64,000 bases of DNA, taken from positions 620,001 through 684,000 of the forward strand of contig OZ237736.1 of the NCBI GenBank assembly GCA_965178125.1, read 5' to 3'. Below the pieces are notes generated by a model. The model did no database searches, was not told the origin of the DNA, and saw nothing but the letters and a program-made list of their open reading frames with translations. This DNA is from Bilabrum cf. latius (lineage: Eukaryota). The number at the start of each line of letters is the position of its first letter. Position 1 is the stretch's first letter. This document shows positions 24,301-36,617 of the stretch, piece by piece. Made by a program: the position numbers and the translations under genes.

Positions 24301-24775
24301 ACCGCAGCGACCCCAGCGACTGACTGGTGCCTCTGAGCGACGGCTTGACGTACCCACCCAGACATGTGACGACCTTGACCTGCTCAAGGCAGATGCTACG
24401 AAGAGAATGCTGACGAGGGATGCAGGCCATCGTGAGCCTAGGGCTTTTGTTTAGTGACGGGCGGCTTGGTTTTGATAGTACAATCGCGGTGAGAGCCACT
24501 GGCATCGTGTGATTCGGAGCGCCCCCGCACCCAGGCTGCCAGTGGACAATGTCGTCTTGTGCCCTTGCGCGTGCACTTGGAGGAGCCTGACCTGAAGGAC
24601 TCGGTGGGGATTTCGATTGCAAAGCATGGACATAGTATTTCGAAGTCGTTCTAAAGCTCACCTGGGGCGCCTGTGGCCTGTGGAAGTATCGGACAAGTGG
24701 CTTGCTGGGCGTACGAGCAGATCTCAGCGATTCATACAGCGATTGCGACCGCATAACTTGAATGTTTTCCGGCAT
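18396..24775 (-). CDS. Voltage-sensing phosphatase (TPTE/VSP-like) with an N-terminal CBS domain pair and long disordered termini, about 2,065 aa
   Basis: CBS-like segments PIQDAI|ELMEERRLGAIL and VREAVAALQQVGVPMAVENGGELLGIVGMVDI. Four TM helices with S4 GRSLRLIRVIRGITR. SQNKRRF linker, VYNLCSE, PFDDHMPP and HCKGGKGRTG, then a C2-like region. Introns 23826-23916 and 23673-23760. Only TAG interrupts the frame until TAA 18396. Confidence 0.8.
18921..19019. repeat. 9-bp coding tandem repeat (tgctgcacc)x11
   Basis: Directly visible. Reads (GAA)n (Gly-Ala-Ala) in the VSP frame. Confidence 0.95.
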
Positions 24776-25024
24776 AAGGTATATCCATGTGATATCGAGT
24801 ACCAGAAGCTTATATCCAGGATAGCTTTAAGCGAGGTCGAGCGCAATTATTGCCAGCATGTGCCACAGCAGTTCGGATTCACACGGGATGTCCCGCACCG
24901 GTGAACAAGAGGGACTTGCAACATTCAGAACTTAATCATCATGGCTTGAAACAACCTACCAAATATCATGCAGCTTGCCCATTCAGCTGCAGCGACCCGC
25001 CTCCTCCGCGCACAGTGTCAGCTC

Positions 25025-26809
25025 TCACGACGTCCCAGCTCCGATGGCGAGAGCCATGCCCGCGCACGACCTGACCACGACCGCCGCAGCCGCCTCCGAC
25101 AGGCCCAGCGCAGCCACGACATTGGTGGCAGCTTCACCGACAGGACCCAGACCGAGGACCAACACTCCCACCAGGAGTGCCCACTGTTCCCCAGAGCCCA
25201 GCGAGCCAGCGGGCCGTGCCCCGATCCGGGCCCACGCAGCTGCAAGCGCGAGGAACGTCAGCGCCGCCATCACCGTCTCCGTGGAGAAGATGCTCTTTGA
25301 GCCGAAGAAGGGAAGCTCCTTTGCTGCAGAAACCATATTCGCGGGCTGGAGGGCGCAGGGGAGCGCGTTGAAGGCCACGTAGCTGGTGGCGTCGTAGACT
25401 GCAGCCGAGGCCGCCTCGGCGAGGTTGAGGGGGAAATCGACCGCCGTCCCCACGATCTCAGGGAACACGCCGGTGACGGAGCTCACAATGCCGCGGGCGC
25501 TGCCCCAGAACGGCACTGACACGGTGGCCGGGTACCCCAGGGCCGCGGAGTCCGGGTTGTTACTGCACTGCAGTGCAGCCAGGGGGCCGGCCCCCTCGGC
25601 GTTGTACAGCGTCGCAGCCGAGGTTGCGACCAGCACGGTGGCGGCGGCCGCTCCGATAGACACGATGGAGACGGGAAGCGGCGCGGCAGACGCGCCGTGG
25701 GAGTCCCCTGGCCTGCCGGCCGCCGCAAGCATGCGGAAGACAGCGGCGGCAGCCTGGACGGCGGCTCCCAAGATGCCCTTGGCGCCCCCGATGGCAGCAT
25801 CCGCGGCGTGCATCAAGAGACCAGCGGCGGTGGCCTGTGCCTGGGAGGGGTCGAGGAGCCGTCCCTGCGCAGGCAGCTCCCAAACGTACGCGATGGCGGC
25901 CATGAATGGGAGGGCGTAGGCCACCGGGGACAGGGCAGAGAGCACTGCGGGCAAGCCCCCGTCGGCCGTGTAGGCGGCGAGTGCTGTGGCTCCAGCCCAT
26001 GCGGCCAGGACCCAGATGGGAGGCATCACTCGGGGGCTCGTTGTTCCCTCGTTCGCGGGCGAGCTGCTAGCCACCCGGGGCTCGTAGTCGTCGTCGTCGT
26101 CCTCCTCTTCTGCTGCGTCCTCGAAATCGTCCGTTCTCTCATCAACCTCGTCCTCCGATTCCTGCTCCTATTCTTCCTCTTCCTCTTCGGACTCTGGTTC
26201 AGGCTCGGGCTCGGGCTCTGGCTTGCGGGCGCGGGCTCGGCTGCCTGCTCTCTTGGAGCTCTTCTTGGCAGACTTGGCCGGTGTCTTCTTTTTGGCGGGA
26301 GTCTTTGCTTTCTTTGCAGGAGACTTCGCCTTCTTTGCTGGTGACTTCCCCTTCCGTGCAGGAGATTTCGCCTTTGCGGCCGGTGACTTTGCCTTCCGCG
26401 CTGGGGACTTTGCCGTCTTGGCGGCTGGTGACTTTGCGGACTTTTTCGCAGTTGTCGCACGCCCCCGTGAAGCTGTTCGCTTAGGAGTGCCTTCTCCTCG
26501 AGCACGCCTCTCATACTGCCTAATGTATGCTTTGGCAGCATCGCCCCCATCTGCAAGCAGCGATTTCCTGGTCTCCCACGACTCGGTTCCGTCGCTCCAT
26601 TCAATCAAGTACTCCACTAGGTTCTGCGAGTATGTTTTCGAGCGCCAGTGTCATTTAGATAGTAATATCGATACTGAAGGCTGGTATTGGTTGGTTCACC
26701 AACTGCTGCCGAGATCATCACGCGATTGCACTTGAAGTGCTCGCCTCACGTCTGACTTGCGCTTGCGCTTGTCCACTATATCGTTAACGGCTTTCAGCTC
26801 TCCAGACAT
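25025..26809 (-). CDS. Chromodomain + H1-like KSPAKK repeats + acidic linker + multi-pass membrane domain protein (about 552 aa)
   Basis: Exon 1 MSGELKAVNDIVDKRKRKSD, intron 26624-26749, then NLVEYLIEWSDGTESWE (chromodomain). About 7 KSPA(R/A/K)K-type repeats follow. TAG at 26168 within the acidic run joins the hydrophobic ORF 25025-26074, which ends in TGA. Confidence 0.72.
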
Positions 26810-26999
26810 GATTCTAGGATAATATGCAAAAACAAAATCCCGCTTATTCTAAGAATTTAGACGCAACGAGCGCGGAAGATGAACCCAACCCCGATCCAAA
26901 CTAAACGGTCGAATTTAACTGGATTATTTTGAAACGTGTACTTATTTTACTATGGCGTCGCTATGGCGTCCAACGCGGCACGGGTCACCCTTTCGTGTC

Positions 27000-27467
27000 A
27001 TGCCCATCCTCCATATTGTGGCACTCAAGTTTAAAGCAGAGCTAAGCGATGAGGCAGTCGAAAAACACTTCAAGGAAGATGCTAGACTGAAGGAGCGGTG
27101 CCCGGATCTCGTCCTGGACTGGTCGTTCTCAAAGAATATCAGCCTGAAGACTCGCGCAGATGTGAATCTTGGCTGCAATTGGGTGGTTCATGTAAGTACT
27201 AGCCAGTTTATCCTTGAGGTGCTGCGCTGCTGTCCTGACATTGCGACGCTTCGACAAGATCGCTAGTTGCAGTTGCACTGCTGGCAGGTTTGTAGCGTTT
27301 GCTTCAAGCATTGGCGCGGCAACTGTTAGAATATCCAAAATTCGCAGGTTACGCTTCCTGATGAAGCTGCGCTCTAGGCTTACCTGGATCACCCGAAGCA
27401 TGCTGAGCTTGGCGAGATCCAGAAGGACATGCTTGAGGCAAAGTTCGTAGTCGACATGCAGGTTTGA
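27000..27467 (+). CDS. Dabb family stress-responsive A/B barrel protein
   Basis: ILHIVALKFK N-terminus, intron 27192-27347, DEAAL*AYLDHPKH with TAG at 27375, TGA 27465. Confidence 0.85.
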
Positions 27468-27669
27468 TTGGGACTTTGAACGTATTTAATACTATTGCAT
27501 TTTATGATTTGCCAGTACGAGCTTTCCCCATAGCTGGCAGGTCTCACTGCAGCTCTCTCATGGGAAATCGGTTGCGACACTGCCAAACATCGGAGCACTT
27601 TCGGGACCGGACCCACCGAAATCTAACAAAGAAAATTGCAAGTGGATAGCTACGACTCCGAACGCTCGA

Positions 27670-29481
27670 TCAGCTGAAGACGCTGTGGTCCACAGCGCTG
27701 AGGTGTATGCTCACCCCGGGGACCCGGAGCCTTCGCGGGGGATATGCTCCGTTCCCCTTCCCCTCTCCCGCCCCTTCCACCAATCTGAGGCTAGCGACGC
27801 CTGCAGCAGCAAGGCCACTGGTCCAGTCCTGCCGCCCGACCTTCGCTCCGCAGCCGTAGCACAGCAGCTCCCCAGCCAGGCCTCGGAGGCACGCCGCCAG
27901 CTCGTCAGGCTTCACGGGAGCAAGTGCTTCCCGCAGGGGCACCCTCTTGCTCGCACCGATTGCCAGCCGCCCCTACTTTCCCGCACGGGCGGCAGCGGTA
28001 CATCTTGCACTGCTGCCTGGCTTCTGACGGGAATCGCGATCAGTTGCCCCCTTTGGATCCCTGGGCCTGGCACGCGCACCCGCACCAGCGGCAGGGGCAG
28101 GGGCAGGTGCGGGTGCGGGGGCTACCTCAGCCCCGGTTGCCTTGAAGGAATCAGGAAGGCCTGTCATGTGGCTGGCTGCAAGGGAGCGAGCCATCCAAGA
28201 CAAGGGCTGTACCATGACGGCTGTGGGCTTGCACCATTCCCACGCGCGTGCCCGTGGCCCGGCGGGGCACGCGGCAGATGGTGCTCTCGCACTAGGGCGC
28301 TCCCGATCATGCGGATCTCCTGCAGCTTGAGCACCGGTTCCTCCGAAATCTGCGGGAGCACGGCATCCGTCTAGGACTCCCGGCTCGCACAACCTGGTCG
28401 CAAAGTGCCCCTCTGTCGTCATGGGCAGCAGCAGGTCGCCAGTCCTGCACAGGACAGACCTGCATCGCTTGCATCGGATCGACGTCTGCTTGAGCTGTTC
28501 GGGTCGTTTCTTTGTAAATCTTAATCTGCCAGGGAGCGGCTGGAGGGTGCTGCCTGCCTCCCTGCCTTGATCCATCGGCGCGCGAGCTGCTTCTGAGGCA
28601 GCTGTTGTCCCTGCTGCAGCTGTTGTCCCTGCTGCAGCTGCCCAAGAGCGCGGTGCGTAGGTCGGCTCTGCGCTACTTCGTGCCCACGGTTCTACCACCA
28701 TGACGGGCCTATTCCAATCGTCGAATGCCCCCGTTGGTCCGACTCCCTTTGGTATGCTTTGAATCTCCTTGCCAGTGGATGAACTCTCTGCAACGTATCG
28801 GTCATGGCCTGCATCTGCACCCGCACTCGCACCGCACGACCCACCGGGCGCAGCGACCTCAGGTAGCCCAAACTTCTCCTTGTAGCTCTAACGTATGACT
28901 GATCCGATTCGTTCAGCCTAATCTTTGCTTATCGGGGCATGCAATCGGTTAGCCGCTTGATCGTCAATCGCAATCGAAGCCGGGCCAACGCCGGTGCTGT
29001 CAGCCCACGTGCTGCTCACACACCGCAGGTATCGCAAAGTTGCCACCACCCTAGCCTATTCTGTTTCATTCTTTGTGCGCTGTGCGAGTTCGACCAGAGA
29101 CAGCTGCAGCAAAAAACCGCGGTTGATTCGAATAATGGGTCTGCGGCGCACCAGCCAGCGAACGACCTGCTCAAGGCTACACGTTGGATTCCATGAACGC
29201 AAAACTGACACGATTGCCGCAGCGGATCGACTAGATCCATGCACGCAATGAACGCACACCGTCTATCCTCCAGCAATAACCCTTTCAGTATGCAGCCTTA
29301 CTGTGCGCAGATGGACGTACAGCAGTGCCATGCGCACGTCGAGTAGATGCACATGGCAAGATGTATCTTTGGCGGCATGAGCAGGAGCCGGGGATCCAAT
29401 CGATACGAACGAAGAGCACGTCTTGAAGCTGTCTGCTTCTTTGAAGCCAGCCAAGACCAGCCCATTCAAAACCTCTGTCAT
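27670..29481 (-). CDS. Dual-specificity phosphatase with a C-terminal zinc-binding domain (DUSP12/YVH1-like)
   Basis: MTEVLNGLVLAG, GG*TVCVHCVHGSSRSAA, INRGFLLQL, RCKRCRSVL, QPLSWM and GELLCYGCGAKVG, all in one frame with only TAG interruptions (29263, 29056, 28918, 28888, 27973). Stop TGA 27670. Confidence 0.8.
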
Positions 29482-29623
29482 CTCCTGCAGCGTACTCCTC
29501 AGCACAATGTAAAGATCTAAAGCATTTAAATGAACAACATTAATGTAGTTCCAATGCAAACAAGGTTCGGGAGTGCTCGTGCCAGTTGCAGTTGGCCGCC
29601 ATCTTGTTCCGGTTCCACTTTGC

Positions 29624-32398
29624 TCAGTCCCCGTCCCCGGAGTCTTGCCCTCCATCTACTGCGCGGCTGTTTCCATGTTGGCTCTACGCATCAGACCGAC
29701 CACGACCTAGCGGAGACATGGATCCTTTGAATGAAGGAAGGTCCAAGTCGGAATCTCCCGCGCTGGCCCACCGACCGCCAGCCTCAGGCCTCACCGCATC
29801 CGAGTCGCTTCCTGGCGGGGGAGGAGGGGGCGATATCTCGTCGCGGCCGTCATCATCATCGTGCACTGCACCCTGCTCACCCCCTTCTTGCCGGCTAGCC
29901 CAAGCCTCGATCGACCCCAGAAGATCAGCGGGCAGAGCACTAGCGTCCCCAACGTGGAACGGGGCGGCACTGGGATCGGCTGGGGAACTACCTGGCCTTG
30001 CTGTCACTGTCCGCTGTGTGGGACGGCCTGCGTTCCTCCGGTTTTTGCCGGCCTTGCTTTCCATACCACCAATCGGACCTGCAGGTCTACCCTGCAAGGC
30101 AGTCTTCCTCTTGCTCTTGCCATTGCCCTTGCCGATGGCCGTGCTACCAGCAGCTTGCCGCATCCCGCCTGGTCGTCTGGCCGGCGGCTTGTCCAATGCG
30201 CCCACCCCTGCAGACCTGCTTGATCCCATGGAGTGCCTTCCCGAGCCCATACCACCTCCGGCACCCACCCCTGTGATTGGACGCTCGTCAAGCACACCAC
30301 CTGCACCCAATCCGCTGGTTGGACGACCACTCAGATGCCGCTCCCGAATGCCCGCCGTGTTCAGCACACCCCCACCGATACTGTGCCGACTGCTTTGAGG
30401 CAACTTCCCGCCAGCACCGCTGCTAGGCCCACCACCAGGTAGCACACCTCCCACAGAGCCAGCAGCGGCAGGCCCGGTACCTGCTGCGCCTTCGCCGCGC
30501 AGGACACCGGCAACCAACTGCGCGCCAGGCCGTCTAATATGGTCAGCGAAGCGAGACTGCAGCTCCAACCTGTCCAAAAACGCTTGTTCCCTGGCGCGTC
30601 GCAGCTCCTCCTGCTTTCTAGCCTCCTCCTGGGCCTTCCTCTGTCGCATCCGCTGCGCCGGTGAAGAGGCCTCGTGGCCGCCTGCAGGCGGGCCGATCCC
30701 TGCACCCGGCTGCGCTGCACGCTGCCTGGACTCCAGTTGCTGCAAGGGCGCTCCAGCGTCGCGACGCGGCAACAAGTCTGTCTCAGAGTCTCGCTGTTCC
30801 ATGCCATCCCTGCTCCTCGCCGAGTCTTGCAACTTGGGGGAACGACGGAGCTGCCTGCCTCCAAACGGTGACGACGGAGCAACGTGTCGACGAGGAGGAG
30901 GTGCGAGCGGAGAATCCGTGGAAATATGCAAGCTCTGGTTGCTTTCGACTGGCCGGCTGTCGCGAGTGGGCGGTTGCGTTGTGCCTGGTTGCGCACTCGC
31001 TTCCAGCTAGTCGCCCTCGGCCCGTGCCTCGCGCGTCCGCTTCGACATGCCATCGATCGCCGCTTGCATTTGCGCCGCTGCGGGAAGGCTTGCCATCGGC
31101 GTGGCGGGTGGTCGAGTCCCTCCGCTGTGGTGTGGTCGATGCGAAGGCAACTGGCTGCCACCTCTGCTGCCTGCCCCTGGCTGTGGATCCTGCTGCTCGC
31201 CTGGCACAGCGTGAGCCTCAGCCTGCTGCTGCTACTGCTGCGGCGAATTGCGCTGCTCTGCCGGCGCTCTTCGCCTGCTTCCCAGTCGAAGCAACGAAAC
31301 CTTGGGTGCAAGCTGACGGCGAGACACTCCCGGCAGTGCCGCCGCCTACTAGTAGCCCGGTGCGTTGGCCTTACTAGAATGTTTACCACCACTGGCACTC
31401 GGTGCCGACGCGCTGACGATAGCAGTGGGCAATCGCAGCATGGCAGACGGACGCAGTTGCCGTCGACTTGCCGATCGTGCCCCGGGGGCTGCGTGCTGTT
31501 CAATGCGTGGGCCTGCTGCTGGTACTGCTGGCGGCGGTGCTTTGGCTGGCGCTGCGCCAGAGGAGCTGCCTGGTGCATGCAATCCGCTTTGCCCTGCAGG
31601 TCTGCTTGCGCTGGCTGCACTTGCAGCGTCTGCATTGCCCAAGTGCCTTGCGGCTGTCGGCGTGCCCAAAATCGACCTCAGGTGTGCGTGCACGGCTGGG
31701 TGTCTGACGATCTCCTCCAGGCTAGGCCTCTACGCGGGATCGGGTTGCAGCATCCACAGGCATAGCTCTTTCGCATTAGGACTAATTTCGGGTGAAAATG
31801 GAGACAATTGATTGTCTGCAACTGCTGCACCCACCGGCATATCTGCGAGGGGCTGGGTAGCTGCCGTATCTCTGTTGGAGCTGGAGCCTTCGCTCTCAGT
31901 GGCGCCGCTTTTCCTGAAGGCTCTCGTCGCGCGATCGAAGGGTCCTTCGCCGCGATGGAGCACAGAATACAAAACGCAGCCTATACAAAACACGGCTGCG
32001 CGGCCAGGCAGCTCGAGTCCGGCCAAGGGGCGGCCTCGAGGCGGCAACGTGTCTTGCTCGATCCGTTCCGGAGGCAGGACGTACTGACTGGCTCGAAGAG
32101 TATCTGTGAGCCTGACGTTCAGCATTATTGCGCCAGAGCTAGATGCTAAAATATTCTGAGGACGGAGATCTGCCATTTCCATTGCTTTCTTTGGAGTAGT
32201 CAAGCACCACGAAGCCAACTAGCCCACGACGGCTAGCCCGAGAGACTCAGCCTCTTTCGAGCGCATATCAAAGCTTAACAGTTGATCAAGAGACGTGACC
32301 GCCATGGTTGCGATCCCATCAATTCTCTCTATGAACCCATCGCTAGAAAGAACGATCTATGTGCCTCGAGTGCGACGGAAGGACGGAGACCTTGCCAT
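29624..32398 (-). CDS. Protein kinase-like (probable pseudokinase) C-lobe with a long disordered tail; start uncertain
   Basis: DLRPQNIL, YVLPPE, VFCIGCVLYSVLHRGEGPF and LWMLQPDPA*RPSLEEIVRHP (subdomain XI). No HRD, DFG or Gly-loop seen. The frame is continuous through TAGs to TGA 29624. Confidence 0.6.
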
Positions 32399-32501
32399 CT
32401 GGCGCTGCACACCTTCCTCTATAGTGAAGCACCAACGTATGCGCCTTCTTATTAGGAAGCGTGTCTGTGAGAGACGAACAGTGTTGCGTCGCCCGGAAAA
32501 G

Positions 32502-34700
32502 ATGATGAGTGCGAACGGCAACTTCGCAAGTTTGCAGGCCATCTGGGAACCTATGGCGATTCCACTAGCAGTCACAGCAGGTTTGGCCATAGTCGACTCT
32601 ATTACGGTGGTGGTTCATGCGTTTCGTGTGACTGACCCCTTCATGGTGAGCTTGGTTCGGGTTTAAATCTGTACTATCTGTCGCGTAGACTGCACAGTGG
32701 ACTTCACGACACAACATGAGCCCCGTTCAACCTTGCAGGATGAGCCCTTTCACGTGGGTCAGACGCAGTTGTTTTGCCGAGGCCGATTCGGTAAGATATC
32801 CAGCTACATTTTGCAGCTGCGATCTGCCAGCCATCTGCAACTCCAAGTCGATTCTCTATTGTGATCAGATATCGCAGACTTGTGGGACCCAAAGATCACA
32901 ACATTGCCAGGATCATACATTTTACCGTCATTGGTAGGTTGGCTTGCCCACACGTTAGGGGGAACCAGTGCATCCGATGCTGCGTGTAGCGTTAGCGCCT
33001 TGCGGGCATACTCTGTCTTGTGGACCGCAGTGACATATTTGGTTGCGGATTTGCTTGTTTTAAGATTGTCTATTTGGGCTGTGAAGCGATAGCGCGTGCA
33101 TATCACGGCCAGCCGGCAGTCTGCCACGTTGCTGATCCCGCTTGCTCTGGTGCTGTGGCCCAGCCAGCACTTTTACGCTTCGCTCGTGTACACAGACGCA
33201 GCTTCCACGTGCAGCGTACTCCTTTGCTGGCTGCTTGCATTTCGATAGGATGCAAGAAGCTCGAGCCTGATGGAATCTATGCCCGGTGCGTTGGCGGGAG
33301 CTGCTGCGATCATGATGAGGCAGACGAACGCCGTGTGGGTGGCCCTTGCTGCTGGTCTCTTGCTATGCAGGATGCACTGGGATCACCTTCCAAATAGAAT
33401 TGAAGCAATGAATACCCTGAGTAGAGCAAAAAGGGCAGAATACACGCTAAATCGGGAAAGACAGAATGCTGCTGTGCGAGCCGCGAGACGGTCGTGGCAA
33501 GGCAGTCTGACTGGTGTAATCCTTGATACGGTCTGGCTTGGTAACAATGGCCCATCCCTCGACTTAGTCCTGCGCCAGCTGTGGGGGTACGTGGCAATTC
33601 TAGTTGCCTTTGTAGCCTTCGTGCTTCGCAATGGCGGCATCGTGGTGGGCGACAGGCAGAACCACGTCCCTGTGGCCCACCTGGCGCAACCCATGTACCT
33701 TCTGCTCATCGCGGGCGGCGCGCTACTGGCCAGCGAGGTTGTCGGGTTGATGGCTATGTCAGCAGTTACTTGTCTTGGGTGCTATCGAGAAATGAAAGCA
33801 GAAAGCGCTGACGGACCCGCGAGGGCGGATGGCAGCAAGCAACCAGGGCAGCATGCAGCGTCTGCCTCTGCCTCTGCCTCTGCGTCTGTGCTGAGCGACT
33901 TGCAGCTTGTAGTGTCCCTGCTCTCGTGCGGGCTGGGCGGGCTACCAGAGGCTGATCCATCGCCGAGTGTGCCGAGCAGATACTCCACCCATGGAAACAG
34001 TTCCAGCGAAAGTGATACTGATTCCGAGTCCGGTGCGCAGACCGAGTCTGACAGCGGTTCGGATGCCGGCGGTCCCACAGATGGTATCAGGAGAAGAGCA
34101 GCCGCGGAGCAAGCGCCAGCAGGTGAGCACAGCGATGACCCCGCCTCAGCTCCTGGTGGTTTCGGGGAGGGCTCTGCAGCTGCCAATTGCAAGAATGAGG
34201 GCGAGGCCACCCCTCGTGCCGGCTCCAGGGCATGTCTCGCAGGCACTTGCGCCGCTTTGGTGCTGGTCTGGACCGGCGTTGCATTGGCAGCCGTGCACTT
34301 TGGGACGTTCTCGCATCCGTTTATCCTAGCCGACAATCGGCACGTTACGTTTTACTGGTGGCGAGCCATGCGCCGACCGCTGGTTCGGTATGGTCTAGCG
34401 CCCGCGTACGTGCTGTGCGGTATCGTGGTTCTAGGCAGGATCGCGAGGCAGTGGAGGAGCATCGCTGTGGCACAGCTGGTCCTGCTTGCAGCGTGCATCG
34501 CGCTTATACCTGCTCACCTCGTGGAGCCGCGGTACTTTAATGTTCCTGTGATGGCGGTTATGCTGCTTGCTGGTCTGCTACCATCTGAAGCAGGCGCCCT
34601 GGCAGCGATTGGCGCCGCCGTGCACGTCGCGATGCTGTGCGTGTTTTGGTTCCGGCCGTATGAATGGGGGGATGGATCTGTTGCGAGATTGATGTGGTAA
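32502..34700 (+). CDS. ALG10: Dol-P-Glc alpha-1,2-glucosyltransferase (ALG10/DIE2)
   Basis: PFM|DEPFHVGQTQ, WDPKITTLPG, YTD, RQTNAVW, NGGIVVGDRQNH, HPFILADNRHVTFY, LVEPRYF and RLMW. Introns 32646-32738 and 32791-32877. TAG at 33090 and 33246; ends TAA. Confidence 0.93.
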
Positions 34701-34872
34701 TGATACTCATAGCTAGTATCGGGATGGCGGCATCGTCGTGCCTTCTGTCGCTCTCAATGTTCATGAGGTTCGTCACCGGAACGAACCACAGCGAACCTCT
34801 GAGCGCTACGTTTCTCGACACAACATTTATCACCTCAAAACGCATCGTTAAGACTCTCAGCAAGCAATTACT

Positions 34873-36465
34873 ATGATCGTATCTCGCTAGCTTAAATCGC
34901 GGACCCTTCGTGCTCTTGCTTCCTCCGCAAGCACCGCTTGGAGAGCGCATTGCAACGCAAGGTTCGGTAGCTGTCAACTGCGCCGAGCTTCAACAGCCCA
35001 GGTCGCTGCAGAGGAGGTAAGCAACCAGGAGTGTTACACCGTGTATAGCGTATGCTATTTCAGGAAAGATTAGGGTCGTTAATTTGGGCTATTTCAAGTA
35101 TACCTAGTTTTGAACACACTTTTCGCCTTGCAGATGGAAAGGAAGTATCTCGTCCCAACATACAACTCAAGCGGAGTGCGCGCAAAAGAGGGTCTTGTGT
35201 TTGAGTCAGGCAGTGGCTCATATCTTGTTGACGAATCGGGCCGCCGATACCTGGACTTCTCAGCAGGTATTGCGGTGAACGCGCTCGGCCATTCTGATCC
35301 AAAGTGGATTGATGCGGTCACGTCATAGCTCCACAAGGTGACACATACCAGCAATTTGTATCATACTCGTCCTGCTCTGGACTTGGCTAAGGAATTGGTG
35401 GATCGCTCTGGCTTTGACAGGGTGTTTTTCTGCAACTCTGGTACGGAAGCGAACGAGGCAGCCCTGAAATTCTCTCGCAAATATCAGCTCCGTAGGTTGC
35501 AAAATTAGTCAAAGGTACCCACCAAGGTCGATTTTGCCTGCCAGAAAGGGAAGGATTCAGTGGAGTGCCGCACAGAAGGCGGTACCTGCGATTGCTGGCC
35601 GCAAGCATCGAAGCTGCAGGGTGGCTTTCGGCATGGAACGGTGGCATTCCAGAGCGGATTTCACGGAAGGACGGGTTTTGCCCTCTCTGTCACACACAAG
35701 CCCGCTATTCGGCAGCCGTTTGCTCCCATGATCCCGGATTGCACCTTCCTCCCGTACAACGATGCCGAGGCAGCCAAGCGGATCGGTGACGTGGCCCCGT
35801 CCACCGTGATAGTGGAGCCGCATGCAGGGGAAGGAGGCGTCATTGCAGGCACCCCTGCTTTCCTGGAGACGGTCGAGGAGCAGGCAAAGAAGGCCGATGC
35901 CGTTCTGATCGCAGACGAGGTGCAGTGTGGGCTGGGACGGCTGGGCAAGCTCTTCGCACACGAGGCGTACGGCATGCAGCCAGACATCATGACCCTGGCA
36001 AAGCCATTGGCAGGGGGGCTCCCGATCGGTGCTGTCCTCGTCAAGGAACACATCGCAAACGCGATCGATCCTGGAGACCACGGAACAACCTTCGGGGGCA
36101 ACCCACTCGTGTGCGCAGCTGCACTGCACGTCCTGAAGCGCATTGACACGCCAGAGTTCCTGGGACACGTCCGCACGATCGGAAAGGCTATCAAGGGCAA
36201 GGCGCTCGACATTTAGAAACGGTTTCCCCACGTCGTGTCAGAAGTGAGGGCACCCGTCACCGGTGGTCCCTTCGTTGGGCTGCAGCTGTCCGTGAGCCCG
36301 GCCCCGTTGGTGCAGCAGTGCGTGGAGGATGGGCTGCTCATCATCACCGCCGGCACGTCGACCGTAAGGCTGTGCCCGCCTCTGACGATGTCCATGGAGG
36401 AGGCCATGGCTGGCATGAACATGCTTGAGAGGGCAATGGAGACAGTGTTCGGCCAAGGGAAGTGA
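34873..36465 (+). CDS. Acetylornithine aminotransferase (ArgD/ARG8-like, class III PLP enzyme) with a mitochondrial presequence
   Basis: [70 protein letters not shown] and HGTTFGGNP. Intron 35017-35133. TAG at 34888, 35326, 35506 and 36214; TGA 36463. Confidence 0.93.
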
Positions 36466-36617
36466 GGCCAAGCTGCTCTCACAAAGCCCCAAACAGGAAG
36501 CTGTGCAGACATAGATTTTACAGGGGATCTACCTGCTTGCGCGTGCAAAAATGTATCACGATTCAACAAAATCATACGTACACTCAATACCAGCAAGGCC
36601 TCCATCCCGCCGAGGGC

